Below, piece by piece: positions 25,312-38,515 of a DNA stretch of 64,000 nt (its first letter is position 1; the number at the start of each line of letters is the position of its first letter). The notes beneath the pieces were generated by a model. It saw only the letters and a program-made list of their open reading frames with translations, was not told where the DNA came from and ran no database searches. The translations under genes were made by a program, and so were the position numbers. The stretch comes from Phoronis australis (taxonomy: Eukaryota > Animalia > Phoronida): contig NMRA01000092.1 in assembly GCA_002633005.1 (NCBI GenBank), forward strand, positions 410,484 through 474,483. Reading direction: 5' to 3'.

Positions 25312-25555
25312 GAATTCTCGCCTTCCGCATTGATCGCTGTCCCATGCCGTGAGGTATGAAATAGCGGCACAGCTCCAATTACGGCAGGCTGGTCAGCAGC
25401 CATGCTTTCACTCCTATGGAGATTCACAAGTTAGCATCTGTCTGAATACTTTATATTTTATATCTTATTTATGTCATGCCGGGAAAGTATTACTGCTTTG
25501 CTGTGGGCTACAATGCTGATTCAAGGAAGTAGTATAAACTGGATGAATATCCATC
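25312..25555 (+). mobile_element. THAP-transposon 5' fragment, copy 2
   Basis: MPGKYYCFAVGYNADSRK*YKLDEY; homologous to the 17859 copy. Confidence 0.7.
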
Positions 25556-26587
25556 GATGCTTGATTTCTCATTTCAAATGAGTACCTCTTATTTCTTTGC
25601 TCTAATGATTCAAAATAAACATATAGATATACACCAGAGACAGAGAAGAAAAGATGGAGGGCATTTCCGTGAAAAAAAAAGCAACCCAGAGACATAAAAA
25701 ATGTTTTCACATAAACATTTCTGGTATCATCTGAAAGGCCAATCTAATGTCTGAATTTTCTAGAACTTTCATTTTTATTATACGGACCAATTTGGGAGTG
25801 GGGCATGTTGATAATTCTTGTAATGTGAGAATTAATATTACCAATATTGTGCACTCACACGAAGCCTACAAACTGAACTGAAGAATTCTAACCATAGATA
25901 GTTGGACCACATTTAGGGCTTGATTTGACAGCCTATAGGCCGCCAATGCGATGTCGGATTTTGTTTGGTAAAAATCCCAAGTTGCCACGAAGTTGCCACG
26001 CTCACATCCAGGTGTGCACTCAAAATACTGCAGGAAGTAAACGGGCGGGAACTGGAATTATTTGGCAAAAATTGGATGGGTCGTTCATGAGACATGCACA
26101 GGTAACGTGTGACGATCGTCTTTGGATGTGAGCCTGGGCGGAATATTGGTCCAAGGAGGAAATTGAATGTTACCGAGTACCCTAGACAATTTTCCATTCA
26201 ACCGAAAACAATTTTAAAAACGTACTGGGTGATCTCGTGTGACCCAATGAACATGTGTTGAGTTCACCAATTCTGCATTTCTTGTTTAATTCATTTTCAG
26301 CTGCTGCCAACTATTCATCTTTCATAGCATCCAGGACTTTCACAATCCCTCATACAGACTAGTTTCCTTGTTTTGGTGACCTCATTTTCTGTTTGCCCAC
26401 CTGGAAATTTGGAATTTTGTTAGGTCACATTTGGCGAGTTGATGTTCTGCAAAGCGTTGAGCCCTTTCCTCATATGTACACGTAAAACAACCATGAACTG
26501 ATTGTTATTCTGGTCTTGGTGTTTGTAGACATGGTTAATTTTTAGAAAATGACAAGCAAAAAGTATTCATACAAAAAAATGCCTGAT

Positions 26588-27631
26588 GTAGGGGAAGTTC
26601 GGGTAAATTCGGACAAAACCACCTTAAGCTCGACTTGCTTACCTGCTACTGAAGGTTTATGTGTCAGCTAATAACATTAGACGAGTAATGGGATATCCGC
26701 AAATCATTTGAGAAACTAACCAAAGAGATTCTTCGTTACTAGTTCAGTTTCAAAGCCTTCGAATTTTAAGAATAATAACAATGGTCAAAATCGGGGAAAT
26801 TTGGACGCAGATGGGGAAAGTCGGACAGAGTGTCGGGGAAATTCAGACCAGCAAATTCTGAATAGGTAAAACCTGGACAAAATATATAACGGTACGTTAT
26901 GATTTCAAAAAAACGACTTTAGGTATTATTTAGCAGTCTTATCTTGTGACAAATAATAAAATTTAAGAAGCCATCATGTTCTGGCCTCATAAACAACGTA
27001 AAAGTGTGCCCATTCTTACCAATTTGTGTGCAGCCCACGTGGTTAACAGCGCCATTGTTGTAGACAAATTAAGTTTTGAATTGACCTCGTAACAGAGGAG
27101 GTCATCACGTGATTACAAAAATCTATCAAGAAAACGTTAAGAAAATGTCTTGTAGCCTAAAAACAAACAAGTGTATCTGAATTTCCCCGCAGCATGCAAA
27201 AAGTTGGAGGGGAAATTCGGACACCTGTTTTTTGATTAAATCATGCTTTTTTGTTTGTTTTTCTATTGGAATTAACACATAGAACTGCATAGTGATGAAT
27301 TATGCATCAAGTAAATTCAAGTTCATTTACATGACAAGTGACCAAGTGACCTAAATAAAATTTGGAATAGACAGTGTACCTACCGCAGACTTTCGAAAGC
27401 ACCACGCGAAGCAGACTTCAGAGCGACATAAGGTGCTGAACATGCCTCATATCTGTTGAAACTTTGTTGTAATTCAAGTGAGGTGATAAATAAATTCCTA
27501 CTATTGTTCAAAGAAGTTTATTATCTTTTCATTAAGTGGTAAGGCATCTTGATTGTTAAATATTTGACGTTTATTTAGACTTGTCTGAATTTTACCACCG
27601 TCCAAGTTTCCCGGAACTACGGTACCCCTAC
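26588..27631. mobile_element. Non-autonomous TIR element with repeated GGGGAAATTCGGAC motifs
   Basis: GTAGGGG.../...CCCCTAC ends; at least 6 copies of the motif in both orientations. Confidence 0.55.
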
Positions 27632-29602
27632 TCTGTAGTTTAAATAACAAGGTTCTAAATTGAGTACATGTTTAGATGCTGTTCTGCCTACGTGTTATTT
27701 CTAGTCAAACTTGCAATGTCGTTTTTTGCGTTGAAAAAGCCGATGCTGAGCATTTTCTAAATGGCAGCAATCTGTGACCTACTTTATATCTGTGACCTAC
27801 TTCATTCCTCTTTTTTTACCACACCTCCACTGCCCGTTACCATGGTTGTGTTTTCAGTGTTTTGCGTGGCTTGTATTAAATTATTTCATGGAAAAGGATT
27901 TGCATCGTTTGGTTTTACATATTTCGGGCAAAACAAGTTGATCTCACAATCTTATTTATTTGTACCTTTATGTATTGTGATGTGACCTTTCTGACCCCCT
28001 CTCTTTAAAATTTCAAATGATGTAAAAACCTGAATGAAAAGGTGTTAATCACAAATGAGAACCAGCATCTAATAATTTCATTAGCTCAATATGGCATTTC
28101 TAAATTTAATGTAATTTGATGTCTTTGCCTTCATGCTACAAGGCAGCGCCTGTGTCTTTGACGGAAAAGTGAATGTCATAGGCTAATTAATCCATACTAC
28201 TGGACACTTTGTTATGAGGTGATACTGGAGTCATCATTAACATGAGAATGCATCAGAACCATTAGCGATATGGCCAAGACAATAACATTAGGACGATTCC
28301 TAATTCAACAGGCAAATAATTGAATTGCATTTTTATTACAATGGTTATTTAGTAGTGTTTTGAACACTACTACTTCACATTTTGCTATTCAGGATAACCA
28401 CATTTACTTATGAGCTTCAAATTTGTTTTCTACTTAACACATAAAGCTGCTTTCCTCAATGCCAGCAGGTGTATAATTCTCATTTTCATCCATGTTTTTA
28501 TCATCTTTAAAAGGATGTGTGGGGGTGTAGGACGTTGTTTTACATATTTAATTAAATGTGTGGAAAAGTCAACATCCTGGTTCACTTCCCCAGCACTAGC
28601 TGGTGCCTGTGCGAGAGCATGAGTGCTTGGGGCTCACATTGCGGCAGTGAGAATGTTTGGGGCTCACAATGCGGATGTAACAACTCTGAATTATTTAACC
28701 TGGAAACGATTAAATGGAAGCGATTACGAAGAATACTTGACTTTGAACAAAGTTCTGGCACAACACAGTGTTAGGAACAGCACGCAAAATCATAGTACGC
28801 AAAACTGTGTAACAATGCCTACTTTAAAACAAGTTCAGCCTGTGAATTCCCCATGTTCTCTGACCTGTCAGTCTGGATGTGATGTTTGTGACCTTCATGC
28901 TGGGACATAGGGTTGGGAGAAATGGACTTTTTGCAAGATTTGTTGAAGACACATAAAATAACAAAGTGGCAGTTTTTGTGTCGTAAGTCTAAGCAATTTC
29001 ACCATGGGATAAGATTTAGGACCAAGCAGTGTTTAGGCATTATGGGCCCAGCCCTGTCAGAGCCTTTGTGGTTAGTTGCAGATTTCTGCTTAGAATATTA
29101 CATAATATAGAGGTAAGGCTTTAGGGTTAGCAAAGGTGACCTGGCAAAATTCTTAGGTCTCACTAAACCTGAACTGAGGTTGCCAAATCTCAACACGACT
29201 TTAAAATGAAATATGTAAGGAAGTTACCGGAAGTAAAAATCCAGCAAAGTGGAGATTCCGAGATCGGCCTGATGTTTTTTTGCGAAAAATATGAAGTAGT
29301 TTATGTGTTCAGAGACCCCCAATTTCACCCTTTGATCGAACAGTTCAGACTTTCGTCTGTTTACTTGTGGTAGTACTTGGGACTGTGTACTCAGATGTCA
29401 GGCTTGCCGACTTCGTGACAACGTGGGATTTTTACCAGGTTGCCAAACAAAATCTGAGGTCCTGTTGGTGACCTGCAAGCCCTGTAGAAGATATCTAAAA
29501 TTTTTGTGTGTACATTCCACTAAATATAATTCCCAGGAAAATTACTGTTAAAAAGAATTTTGAAAAATCAAATTCTCTGCATACATCCGGCAGACGCCTT
29601 AA

Positions 29603-30144
29603 AGACGGTCTGGTCAAGCAGGCAACTGTTGACGCATGCATTGAAAGATATTATGATATTAGTTATAATTGTTTGTGATTTCTTTTTGGCCTTTGCATGA
29701 AATAAAGTTTGCAATGAGCTGATCTGCAGTGCTGTCATTACCTTGCCTTTGTCATTACATGTTTACGGCCAAATCTTCAGCATTTTTCACAGAAGGTATG
29801 ATTGACCTTTGTTCTTCACTGCTGATTGCTGTTTCCCTGTCAATTGATTATGAATGTGTACACATCCCCTCTTCCTGCCAGTTTGTTAGCGCCAGTCAGT
29901 TCAGACTGTGTTTAATCTTCGGTTGGTCATTGTGCTACAGGAATGCTGCATACATAATTAATTAGCGTCAGGCAAACAGTTACATCATAGGTTATTGTCG
30001 ATGAACGTTTTGATTAAAAAACGAATACTAAAACATTTAAAATTTTTAGATTTTCTTGTCTAAAGATCAGGGACTTGTTTAATGAATTAAAACTTTCTTT
30101 CTTAACTTAGGCCAAAATTGGGATAACTGAAGACCAGACCGTCT
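29603..30144. mobile_element. MITE
   Basis: Perfect 13-bp TIR AGACGGTCTGGTC / GACCAGACCGTCT; flanks taa/tag. Confidence 0.7.
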
Positions 30145-30417
30145 TAGCCCCGTTTCATGAAATTTCTTAAAACCGAAGCTAAGACTGAAAGTCACACTGC
30201 TGCAGAGGTATAGGCATAAGAATGGAATTTTGGTCTAAATGATATTGTTATCTTGCTGAAGCTGGGTGCAACTGTACCTATTTACAAGGATGTTCTAATG
30301 GCAATTTTGATGGTTATTTTAATTGCCGTTTCAACATATCAATTAAGGTCCCAACTTTAACTATTTTGATTGCCTGCTTATAGTGGATTTTAATTGGCGA
30401 ATGTTGAATGAAATTAT

Positions 30418-30819
30418 GGATCGTCTACCTGCACAGTCTACCCTAGAACAACTACAAATGCACTACTGCAACTTACCCCACTTTTAAGTGTAGCGTCCAC
30501 TCACACATATCAGATAACTAGGGTAAGGCGAAAGTTGTTACTCTGTACGTGACAATGAAACCTAATGCGAGTAAGGCGCCTAAAAGAAAGTCTGTCTGGA
30601 TGTAACCTCAGCTAATTACTTCCGGCTTAACCCAGGTTTGCGGCCACTCGAAGTAGCGCAAGTTTCCCTGCAACAAGTAACCCCACCTTGATAAGGTGGA
30701 GTAAGTTGTCACAAATCGGATAAGTTGTACTAGTCTAAATAGCATCTACATAGCCAAACCTAGTGACAACTCGTTCCAGGAGTAACTTGTTCTAGGGTAA
30801 GTGTGTGTGGACGGCACTT
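30418..30819. mobile_element. MITE
   Basis: Inverted TACCCTAGAACAA and CGTCYAC motifs at both ends. Confidence 0.5.
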
Positions 30820-31599
30820 AACAATTTGCATTTATTCTTGTGCACATGATGCATTGCATTTACTAAAAAACTTAAGAAACAGTTGACTATGCGGCATTTG
30901 GTAAGACTTCCCTCGTGTCCAAGACATAACATACGGTAAAAATTCCTGAATTTAAGACAGCGAAAAAATAATTTTTTTGAACCTGTCCGAAATTCAAGAA
31001 ATATGAGGAAGACGGCAAAATCGACGGTCTCCGTAATCTTAGAATTTATGCAGTAGGCTGCCTACAATGTTTCGATTTGTGGTTTTAGACCGTTTGAACA
31101 GCCGCTCAGATTTGTGATCGTTATTCCTGTCAAAAAATTCACACGATGTCCTCAAAAACATAAACAGAAGTTATTGACTCTGAACACAATCGACTTACTG
31201 ACCTTTGTGATTGAAAGTATATTTGTTGTTGAACACGCTTGGACTCATTATTCGCAAGATCCATTGGTGCTCAACGTCTTCACGTTAAATTGTTCACAAA
31301 TCAAATACAGACGACGTGACTGCAGTATATTTAACCCTGGTTTGTTTCTGGGGCAGCGCGTGCGACATACTTATGAGTCACCTGTCATTCAAGCAGACCA
31401 CCAAAACACCATTCCCGCCAACTAGATACGTGCAAATAAGGTCCCCGTGATCTTAGCTCGATTATGTATCCAGGCATTTATTTGGCAATGGGGCTGTTCA
31501 GAGAATTCTCACGGTGTCGCTGTTGTACTTGTGGTGATTGAATTGCGCATGCGTTGCTGTCTGCATGTAAACAGCTGGTAAAAAACAGAATTGTTATCA

Positions 31600-32640
31600 A
31601 AATACGTCATCGCGCTAAGCGTTATTATTGCTATTTTCCATGGTGCAAGTCTTCGACTGGTGGTTGCAAATTCCCAAAAGACCTAAGATTACTGCATTCG
31701 TGGAGAATTGCGGTCAAAAGGGTCAACCAACTGACAAAAAGTGTGTGGATGCCGAAGCCCCGTGTGTGCTCTATGCATTTCCATTGGGAGACTACATAAC
31801 GTTACTTAGTAAGTTTTTAGCAATCAGTTTCTATTGACAACATTCGGTGATGTTATCCCCACCAGTTACCCACTGGATAATGGGTTTATTGAGTGGAACA
31901 AAGTGTTTCTTTTTGGAAACTCAACTGGGACTCGGATGCTGGGTAGGCTAGCAGTACATATTCACATATTGTCCTTGGTGGGAGTGCGCACCATATAAGA
32001 GGTGTATGATACGTGACGTTCAAAAGTCAAGGGTGACTTTTTCACAGCAGTTTCTCTTCAAAGCTATGCTATGTCCATTAAAATTCTATAGATGAGTGAG
32101 TTTCCTTATTTTATAGCGAACCCCACCCCCAGGACTACCAGATTAGTTACCGAATTAACATGAATAAGCTATTCAGTAAATGTTGTAATATTGCATTGGA
32201 ATAAAAATTGACTCCTAAAATGAATTTTACTTTTCGAGATCAGAAGCACATTTTAGGTGTCATGAAAAATACACATTGTTAAATCACTTTTAGCCTGTTT
32301 CACATATTTTAATTCAGATCTTAAATAAGACTTGGGTACAAAGATTATGAGTTTCTACATATAAACATGAAGATGAACCGTCAAGTATGTTCTGCCTTAC
32401 AAAAGCAGTTTTGTCTTGTGTTTTCTTTTATAATTTACTAATATTTCTCTGACTATTCTGTTACAGGTGAGAGAAAACAACTGAAACCAGCTGCCTGATC
32501 GTCTATTTTACCTTTGGACAAAGTGAAAAACAATCCTTCAGCAATAACCTGAAAGAATTGAACCTAATTCAGAAAATCAGCCCTGATTATGGACTCCGTT
32601 GCATTGGGAAAATTACAATTGTTTTTAACAATGTTGTTTC
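31600..32640 (+). pseudogene. THAP-domain transposase 5' remnant
   Basis: YCYFPWC...FPKD...W.IAVKR...WMP..RVCSMHF (C2CH), donor gtaagt at 31809, next exon from 32467 ERKQLKPAA*SSI (degenerate AVPTIF box); weak QLFLTML HTH-like remnant; no DDE core found. Confidence 0.75.
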
Positions 32641-33261
32641 TTTGTATGTATGTGGTTGTTCAGTTTGCCATGTTGTTCTTAAATACATTGATCATTGTAT
32701 TCTCGAATCTTGTGCATAGCAGATTCTTATCCAGCAAGCTACAATTGAAAATATACTTTTCTTGCATGTGGAACTTTTGTTTATAGACAAGTTAACACAA
32801 AACTTAAAATTGTTCAAAGGCCTTCGTAAGAAAGCTCTAAAAATAATTAAACACACAAACAAATCAAATGCAAACAAACACAATACTTCATTTTGATCGC
32901 TGCACATTTCTATAGGTCAACAGGAAAATGACAATTCGCAAGCGTATTCGGTAATCATTTCAGCTTTATAAAGAATAAGCACAACTGCACAGTATGGGGC
33001 TTTAAAACTGAAGAAATATTGTGGTTTCAATAATTAGTGACAAACTTGCCTGTTGATGAAAAATTTATTCAATCAAAGTGTAACACTAACGGGCTTTCTA
33101 CTGACAATAAGACAATCGATGCAGTCACTGAATGTCATTTCATCATAATGTGTACCAAATTGAAAAGTTTTTACCATTAGTATAAAGCCTTTCTTCTGAA
33201 AGGAAACGTTAATGTCACTCAGTGAGAAAGGACAGGTATTTATACCAGATGTTTTTGGTGT

Positions 33262-35316
33262 TCATTTCACTGGATCCAGTTTCAATGGCCTATAGAAGCG
33301 CTTGTAAAAAAGGTCCAGTTTTGGTACGTGGCTTTCCTTCATGTAACCTCATTCAGCCTCAATAACATCCACAATTAGATCCTTGAAGATAAACACAAAA
33401 GCATTTCACTTGACTCATTTTGTGCCCAAAATCTGACCCTGAACTAGACCAGAGTGTCACTAGGTCTTATTTAGCTTCAGTCCCTCAAGTTTCTTCCAGG
33501 AAAGGAAATGAGCTATTGTCCACACGACGCATTGCCTATGAAAGGGCATCCTCACCAATGAGGCTCACTTGTGTAGCAATCACATATAGTTCCTCATCAT
33601 ACACAAACAATCCACTGGCACACTGTCTTATGGTAACTTAGTACTGCGATCCAGGGCCACTGACATGTACATTGTGCCATGCACTGCTGGTGTATAGAAA
33701 TGATGTGGGAAGAGAAAGGAGTAACAAACCTTGTGTATGTTACAGCTTGAAGTGGTCTTAAAATGTTACTGAACCTGGAGCAAATATTAAAATATGAATA
33801 ATTAAGTACTCCAGGTTGGGTCACAAACGCTACGCCTGTTTTTCAAAAATATGATATGGTGACTGCTCTACAATTTCACACAAAATTAAATAATTACTAT
33901 TTTCAGAAAGCAAGGGTGTATATAATAAGTATTGTATAAAACTGCGTCTTTATTTTTCATTCGTAACCATAACAGTTCTATAAGCGTATCACTTGTCTGC
34001 AAAATGTGCAAGTTTTTTGAGACAACTTCAAACCTTTGTTACCCATTTTCAAGCCTTTTTATTTTTAATACTTTCATCAATTTTAAACTCCGATTACTGA
34101 TTCATGGGTCTGTCAAGCATACTTCTAGTCTAAGGCTGAGGGAACCGTTTTGCCGACTTTCTATTTTTCTTCTAATAGAAGATATGAAGACTTGGGTCAT
34201 TTAAAATTGATGGATAATCTTTTTGTTGTTTAAGAATAATTACAAATCGTAAGGAACCATCAAAAATGCAATTTTTACAAAAAATGGCAGTCATTTGAAT
34301 TTATAAACCACTTGCAACATTTAAAGGCATGAGTTAAGACTATTCAGTCACTGAGAATTCAGAAAATGTAATATATTTTTATGGGTTTACAATTGATAGC
34401 TAAACAGTTAAATGAAATAAACTTGGAAGAAACTTCATGAAGGTTAAAAATTACCTCACCATGCTCTCTCCCCAGACATGTATTACCTATTATTTCCACA
34501 CATTCAGTTGCACCAAATTTTACAACCCCAACCCCCTATGCCATTCCCCTGCTAAGGACCTGAATAAGTAAATTAACAAAACGACTTACATACCTTTCTT
34601 TAAAAATAGCTATTCCTTTTCAAAGGCTTTGTTCGTTGTCTCCAATATTGAAAGTAGGCTTTGACAACAGATCTGCTCTGGATGGGAAGATCTTGCTGGT
34701 TAGGTGCAGTCAAATGCTTAAAACCAATTTTTGTCCATTCAGGGACAGTGCAGAAGGGATGCATATCTCCTCTGCATGGTACAAGCCCTCAAACCTAAAA
34801 ACCAAAGATCAGGTAAAAACAGACATGACAAATTTCCATTTCAACATGTAATAGATTTCTGGAAGACATAGAATAGGGAGTAAACAAATAGTCTAATGCC
34901 GGATATTTGTCACGTACCCATTGCCATGGGCTTGGATTGTAATCTTAACTCACTAACCAATATTGAATTGACAGCATAAACATTCAGCATTGATTGATGT
35001 AACTGTCACTGATCAACCTGTAAGAAATCATTCCAAACAATAATACTGCTTTGATGTACGTAAAGATCCCGAGTGCTACGTCAAGTATCGTAAAACAAAT
35101 CGCAACAAACAAAGATTAACCCGACTGGCGACTGCCGCAAAGTTGACATCGGCGAGTACCTCAGTTAGCAGGCATCTGCTGAATAAACATGGAATAATCG
35201 TTAAAATAATCACAAACCTTACCTTTGTATAAAGTCGAGCTTACTTACTCTCATAGAAGCACCCTTTCCATGCAATAGCAGATTCATTTGGCACGGGTAT
35301 AAGCCATTTCACCATG
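33262..35316 (-). pseudogene. YqaJ-like exonuclease (second ISL2EU gene) remnant
   Basis: Spliced-looking segments with stops and frameshifts; C-terminal AFVFIFKDLIVDVI...VPKLDLFYKRFYRP* and HHFY..VHGTMY resemble eukaryotic YqaJ motifs. Confidence 0.55.
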
Positions 35317-37850
35317 TATTTAAAGGGCTCGCGAAATCGAGGCTGCCTAATCTATCGCCACTAGTACACGTGCGCCCTATAGTTAAGGTAAATTTTCCGA
35401 ATAGCCCCATTATAGAACTGTTGCTTTATGCAACTGGGTATATTCAATTAATAAAAGTTGGAATTTTGTTTTCCAAAACATAGCAGTAGGCCATATCACA
35501 ATTTAAGCGAGGTAGAGCCTACGTAGTTCTAACCGCAAAACACCACCATGCGAAAGTGAAAGTTCAAGTAGCCGGCTACAAGGGCGTTAGCTTCTTCGAT
35601 GCTAATTGTGCTTTAATATGAGGTTCGTTCCCATAATCTTGGCCCTTGCATTGCTGGTACTGTCTGCTGATCTCTCCTATGTTCACTCCAGCCTGATAGC
35701 AGTGCCGTCCGCTAATTTATTTTTTATGCCCGTATGCGAATTTCGATCAATCTCCGCCACAAGCCCAGGCGTCATTTAACAATTCACGCACCATGGGTCA
35801 AACGACCCATGAAAGTGACGAGTGGAAGAGGAGCAACTTTGACTAAAGATTAATAGGTTCACACTGTGTTATAGATGGCTTCAAAATTCTTATCCTTGGT
35901 GCGAGAGAGCCCAAACATTATGTGTAGAATACAAAGTAGCCTAGTAAATAGAATGTCAGTAGGGAGACATAAAGATTTATTTACAACATGAACATTTATA
36001 ACGTATACTGCACGACAAACTAGGACATGGATTTCTGCTTTTCATAAAGTCTGTTTTGACACTGAACAACATCGTTTCGTCAATTCGGGTGCATAGCAAA
36101 GTGAAGATCGGGGTGCTGAGAGGAAGGTAAGTGGGCCACAGGTTGGCAGAAAATTGAAGCCGTGACCCAAGGATTCGACTTGGTAACACAACGGTCTCAT
36201 CACCGGTGCTTATTAATTAGTTGTTAATCCAAATATAAAGTGTGACACTGTGGTGATTATGCAAAAGTCGGACAACATTTGCATAGTGAAACCGCAATCG
36301 AGCGTGGTAAATATTTTGAGTCCGTGATTACGACTGCCAAGAAAATGTGTGAGAATTTTTACCGTAGTTCATACAGAGTGCACAGTTGCGCAACTCCGTC
36401 AATTTCTTTGATAACCTAACTTTGTTTTTGAACTTTCAAAGAGTAAATAAGTTTGTGATTGGTCGGCCCGAGCCGCTCAGTGTCACACTAATGACCTATT
36501 CTGTCAGGAGACATCTCTCATTATAATGTTAGAAACCATCGGGACAATGCGCATGCTAGGCTCATGTGCTCAGTCATTGACTGCGCTACTGAACTGAAGG
36601 AAGAAAAGAACTTTACATGCAGGTTTTTAGTGGTCAGTATGCAGTAGAACTTGCACGTTAATTCTTTATCTGTGTGAAACACAACAACATACAGCGACAA
36701 TGTGAAAATGAAGTAGGTTGAAAATTGCCTAATGTTTGTAAGAACGAGATTTGCATTTGAAATGATCAACCATAAATTACCCAACCATGCCCTGTAAGTT
36801 TTGTGACATGGTGTTGGGGAATAACACTGCATGATGTGGGCTATGTGATCTTGTGAGGTACGTCGTTAGTGCAGCGGTCACCTACCGGGTATTTGTGAAA
36901 TTTTTTGTTTTAAAATTTATAAGTTGTCAGTGTAGACAACTGCACTTTGTTTAGCGTAAATGATGTTTATATAGCATTGTCGTTTAGTTCCTGCTATACA
37001 TTAGCATAGATAGGAGCATGCAAATACATCTTTAAAATACACACTAGTGTTGGCTTACATACTAAATGTGGAGGGATGCCAAGCCCATAGCTCACCAATT
37101 GCTTACTGACACATTTCCATGTGGTAAGGTAACGGTTAAAATATTGATTAAAATTTTCTTGTAGATGTGCAAGATTAGCTCTAAGAACAGAACACATCAC
37201 ATAAGTATGCCTGCTATGGCGAAATATTCATGGCTAGAAGTTTCCTCGGAGGTGCATCAGTTGTTGATCACAGTGTCATGGTTTTAATCAAATAGTATTG
37301 AAGAGAGCAGAACGTAGAAACTCAGGATTCAAATTAAGGTCACGGAAAAAGGAATGGCTCATTTCATTTGATGTCTTTCTCGTTTGTGAAACTCCAGTCT
37401 ATAGAAACTCCATAACAACTGCCGTTTCCGTTCTTTCTAAAGGCCCTTTCATACTAACGCCGACGCATCAACATTTTGGGGAGTTGCGGTCATTATGAAT
37501 GGTTAAGTCCGGACCTGGATTGAAGTTATCAACGCCAATTAACTTTGCACTAAAAGGTAGATATAACAGCGGAGTGTTGACGCTGTAGAGCAGTATGAAT
37601 GGGTAGCTTCGATATCGCCAGGGACCACTGCTATCGTCAACAATTAAAAAGCAGTAGTGTCGTCGCTATTACATGTGGAGAATTTCTCATCGTCAATAAA
37701 TGTGGAGAATTTCTCGCTTACAATGGTCACCCTCAGATTCCCTTAGCCCCAGGCAATTTTATGATACCTATTCAGCACCCCCTTTGTATTGATGTAGATA
37801 TGAGCTAATGAAGTGGAAAGGTAATAGCTAGCACTATTGTCTCAACAGTG

Positions 37851-38338
37851 GTGATTGTTATTACACTCAATTGGTTCTGGCATTTGCATAGACTTACTGC
37901 CTACAACTGCAGAGTAGTTTTAACTTGGTACATTTTAAGTATTACAAAAAGACTAAAAAAAGTTAATTTGTGTTTATTTTGACAAAGGGCCACTTCCCAA
38001 AGGAATGATGGTTTTAAATGTTTCATATCGGTTTTCGTTATTTCATTTTTATTACTCTTGTCTTCCTGGTTTTTTTCTTACTGGGACGGGTCGGTATATT
38101 TTGATCGCCAGTGAAACTTAATTACTTTAGTTAATTGTGAAGCCATCCCTGAACTTTCCAGGTTACAGCTACATTAAACATCTCGCAGAAAAACAAAACT
38201 CTTTATCAAGATAAACGCAAATTAACTTTCTTTAGTCTTTTTGTAATATTTAAAATGTTCTAAGTTAAATCTACTCTCCACAGTTGCACTCTGTAAGTTA
38301 TGCAAATGCCAGAACCATTTGGGTGTAATAACAACCAC
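37851..38338. mobile_element. Long-TIR foldback MITE
   Basis: About 140-bp imperfect inverted arms starting GTGRTTGTTATTACACYCAAWTGGTTCTGGCATTTGCATA. Confidence 0.8.
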
Positions 38339-38515
38339 AAAGTGTAAATATGGTAAGAGCCAAAGCGAAGATTTGGAATCTCTGGACAATTTTGGTTGCA
38401 CTGTCTACATAACTATAGCTTTTTGCCAGTCATAAAAAAGAGTGGGCACAAGTTAAGTACAACTAGTCAAAAATCTGGTTAGATGAGATTGAAAGACTAC
38501 TAAAACAATAATCCA

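Larger units (their letters stand above)
31490..35408. mobile_element. ISL2EU-like (PIF/Harbinger-related) DNA transposon, decayed and internally deleted
   Basis: AT|GGGGCTGTTCAGAGAATT ... AATTTTCCGAATAGCCCC|AT (TIR plus AT duplication); THAP gene remnant on plus and convergent YqaJ-like remnant on minus. Confidence 0.8.
30934..36364. mobile_element. Possible TA-flanked host element (about 1.5 kb) interrupted by the ISL2EU-like insertion
   Basis: TA|CGGTAAAAATTC ... GAATTTTTACCG|TA (12-bp TIR only). Confidence 0.4.

Noticed and set aside
27769-37720. Short direct repeats (27769-27802, 28624-28675, 37673-37716)
   Set aside because: Two-copy slippage duplications with no evident function.
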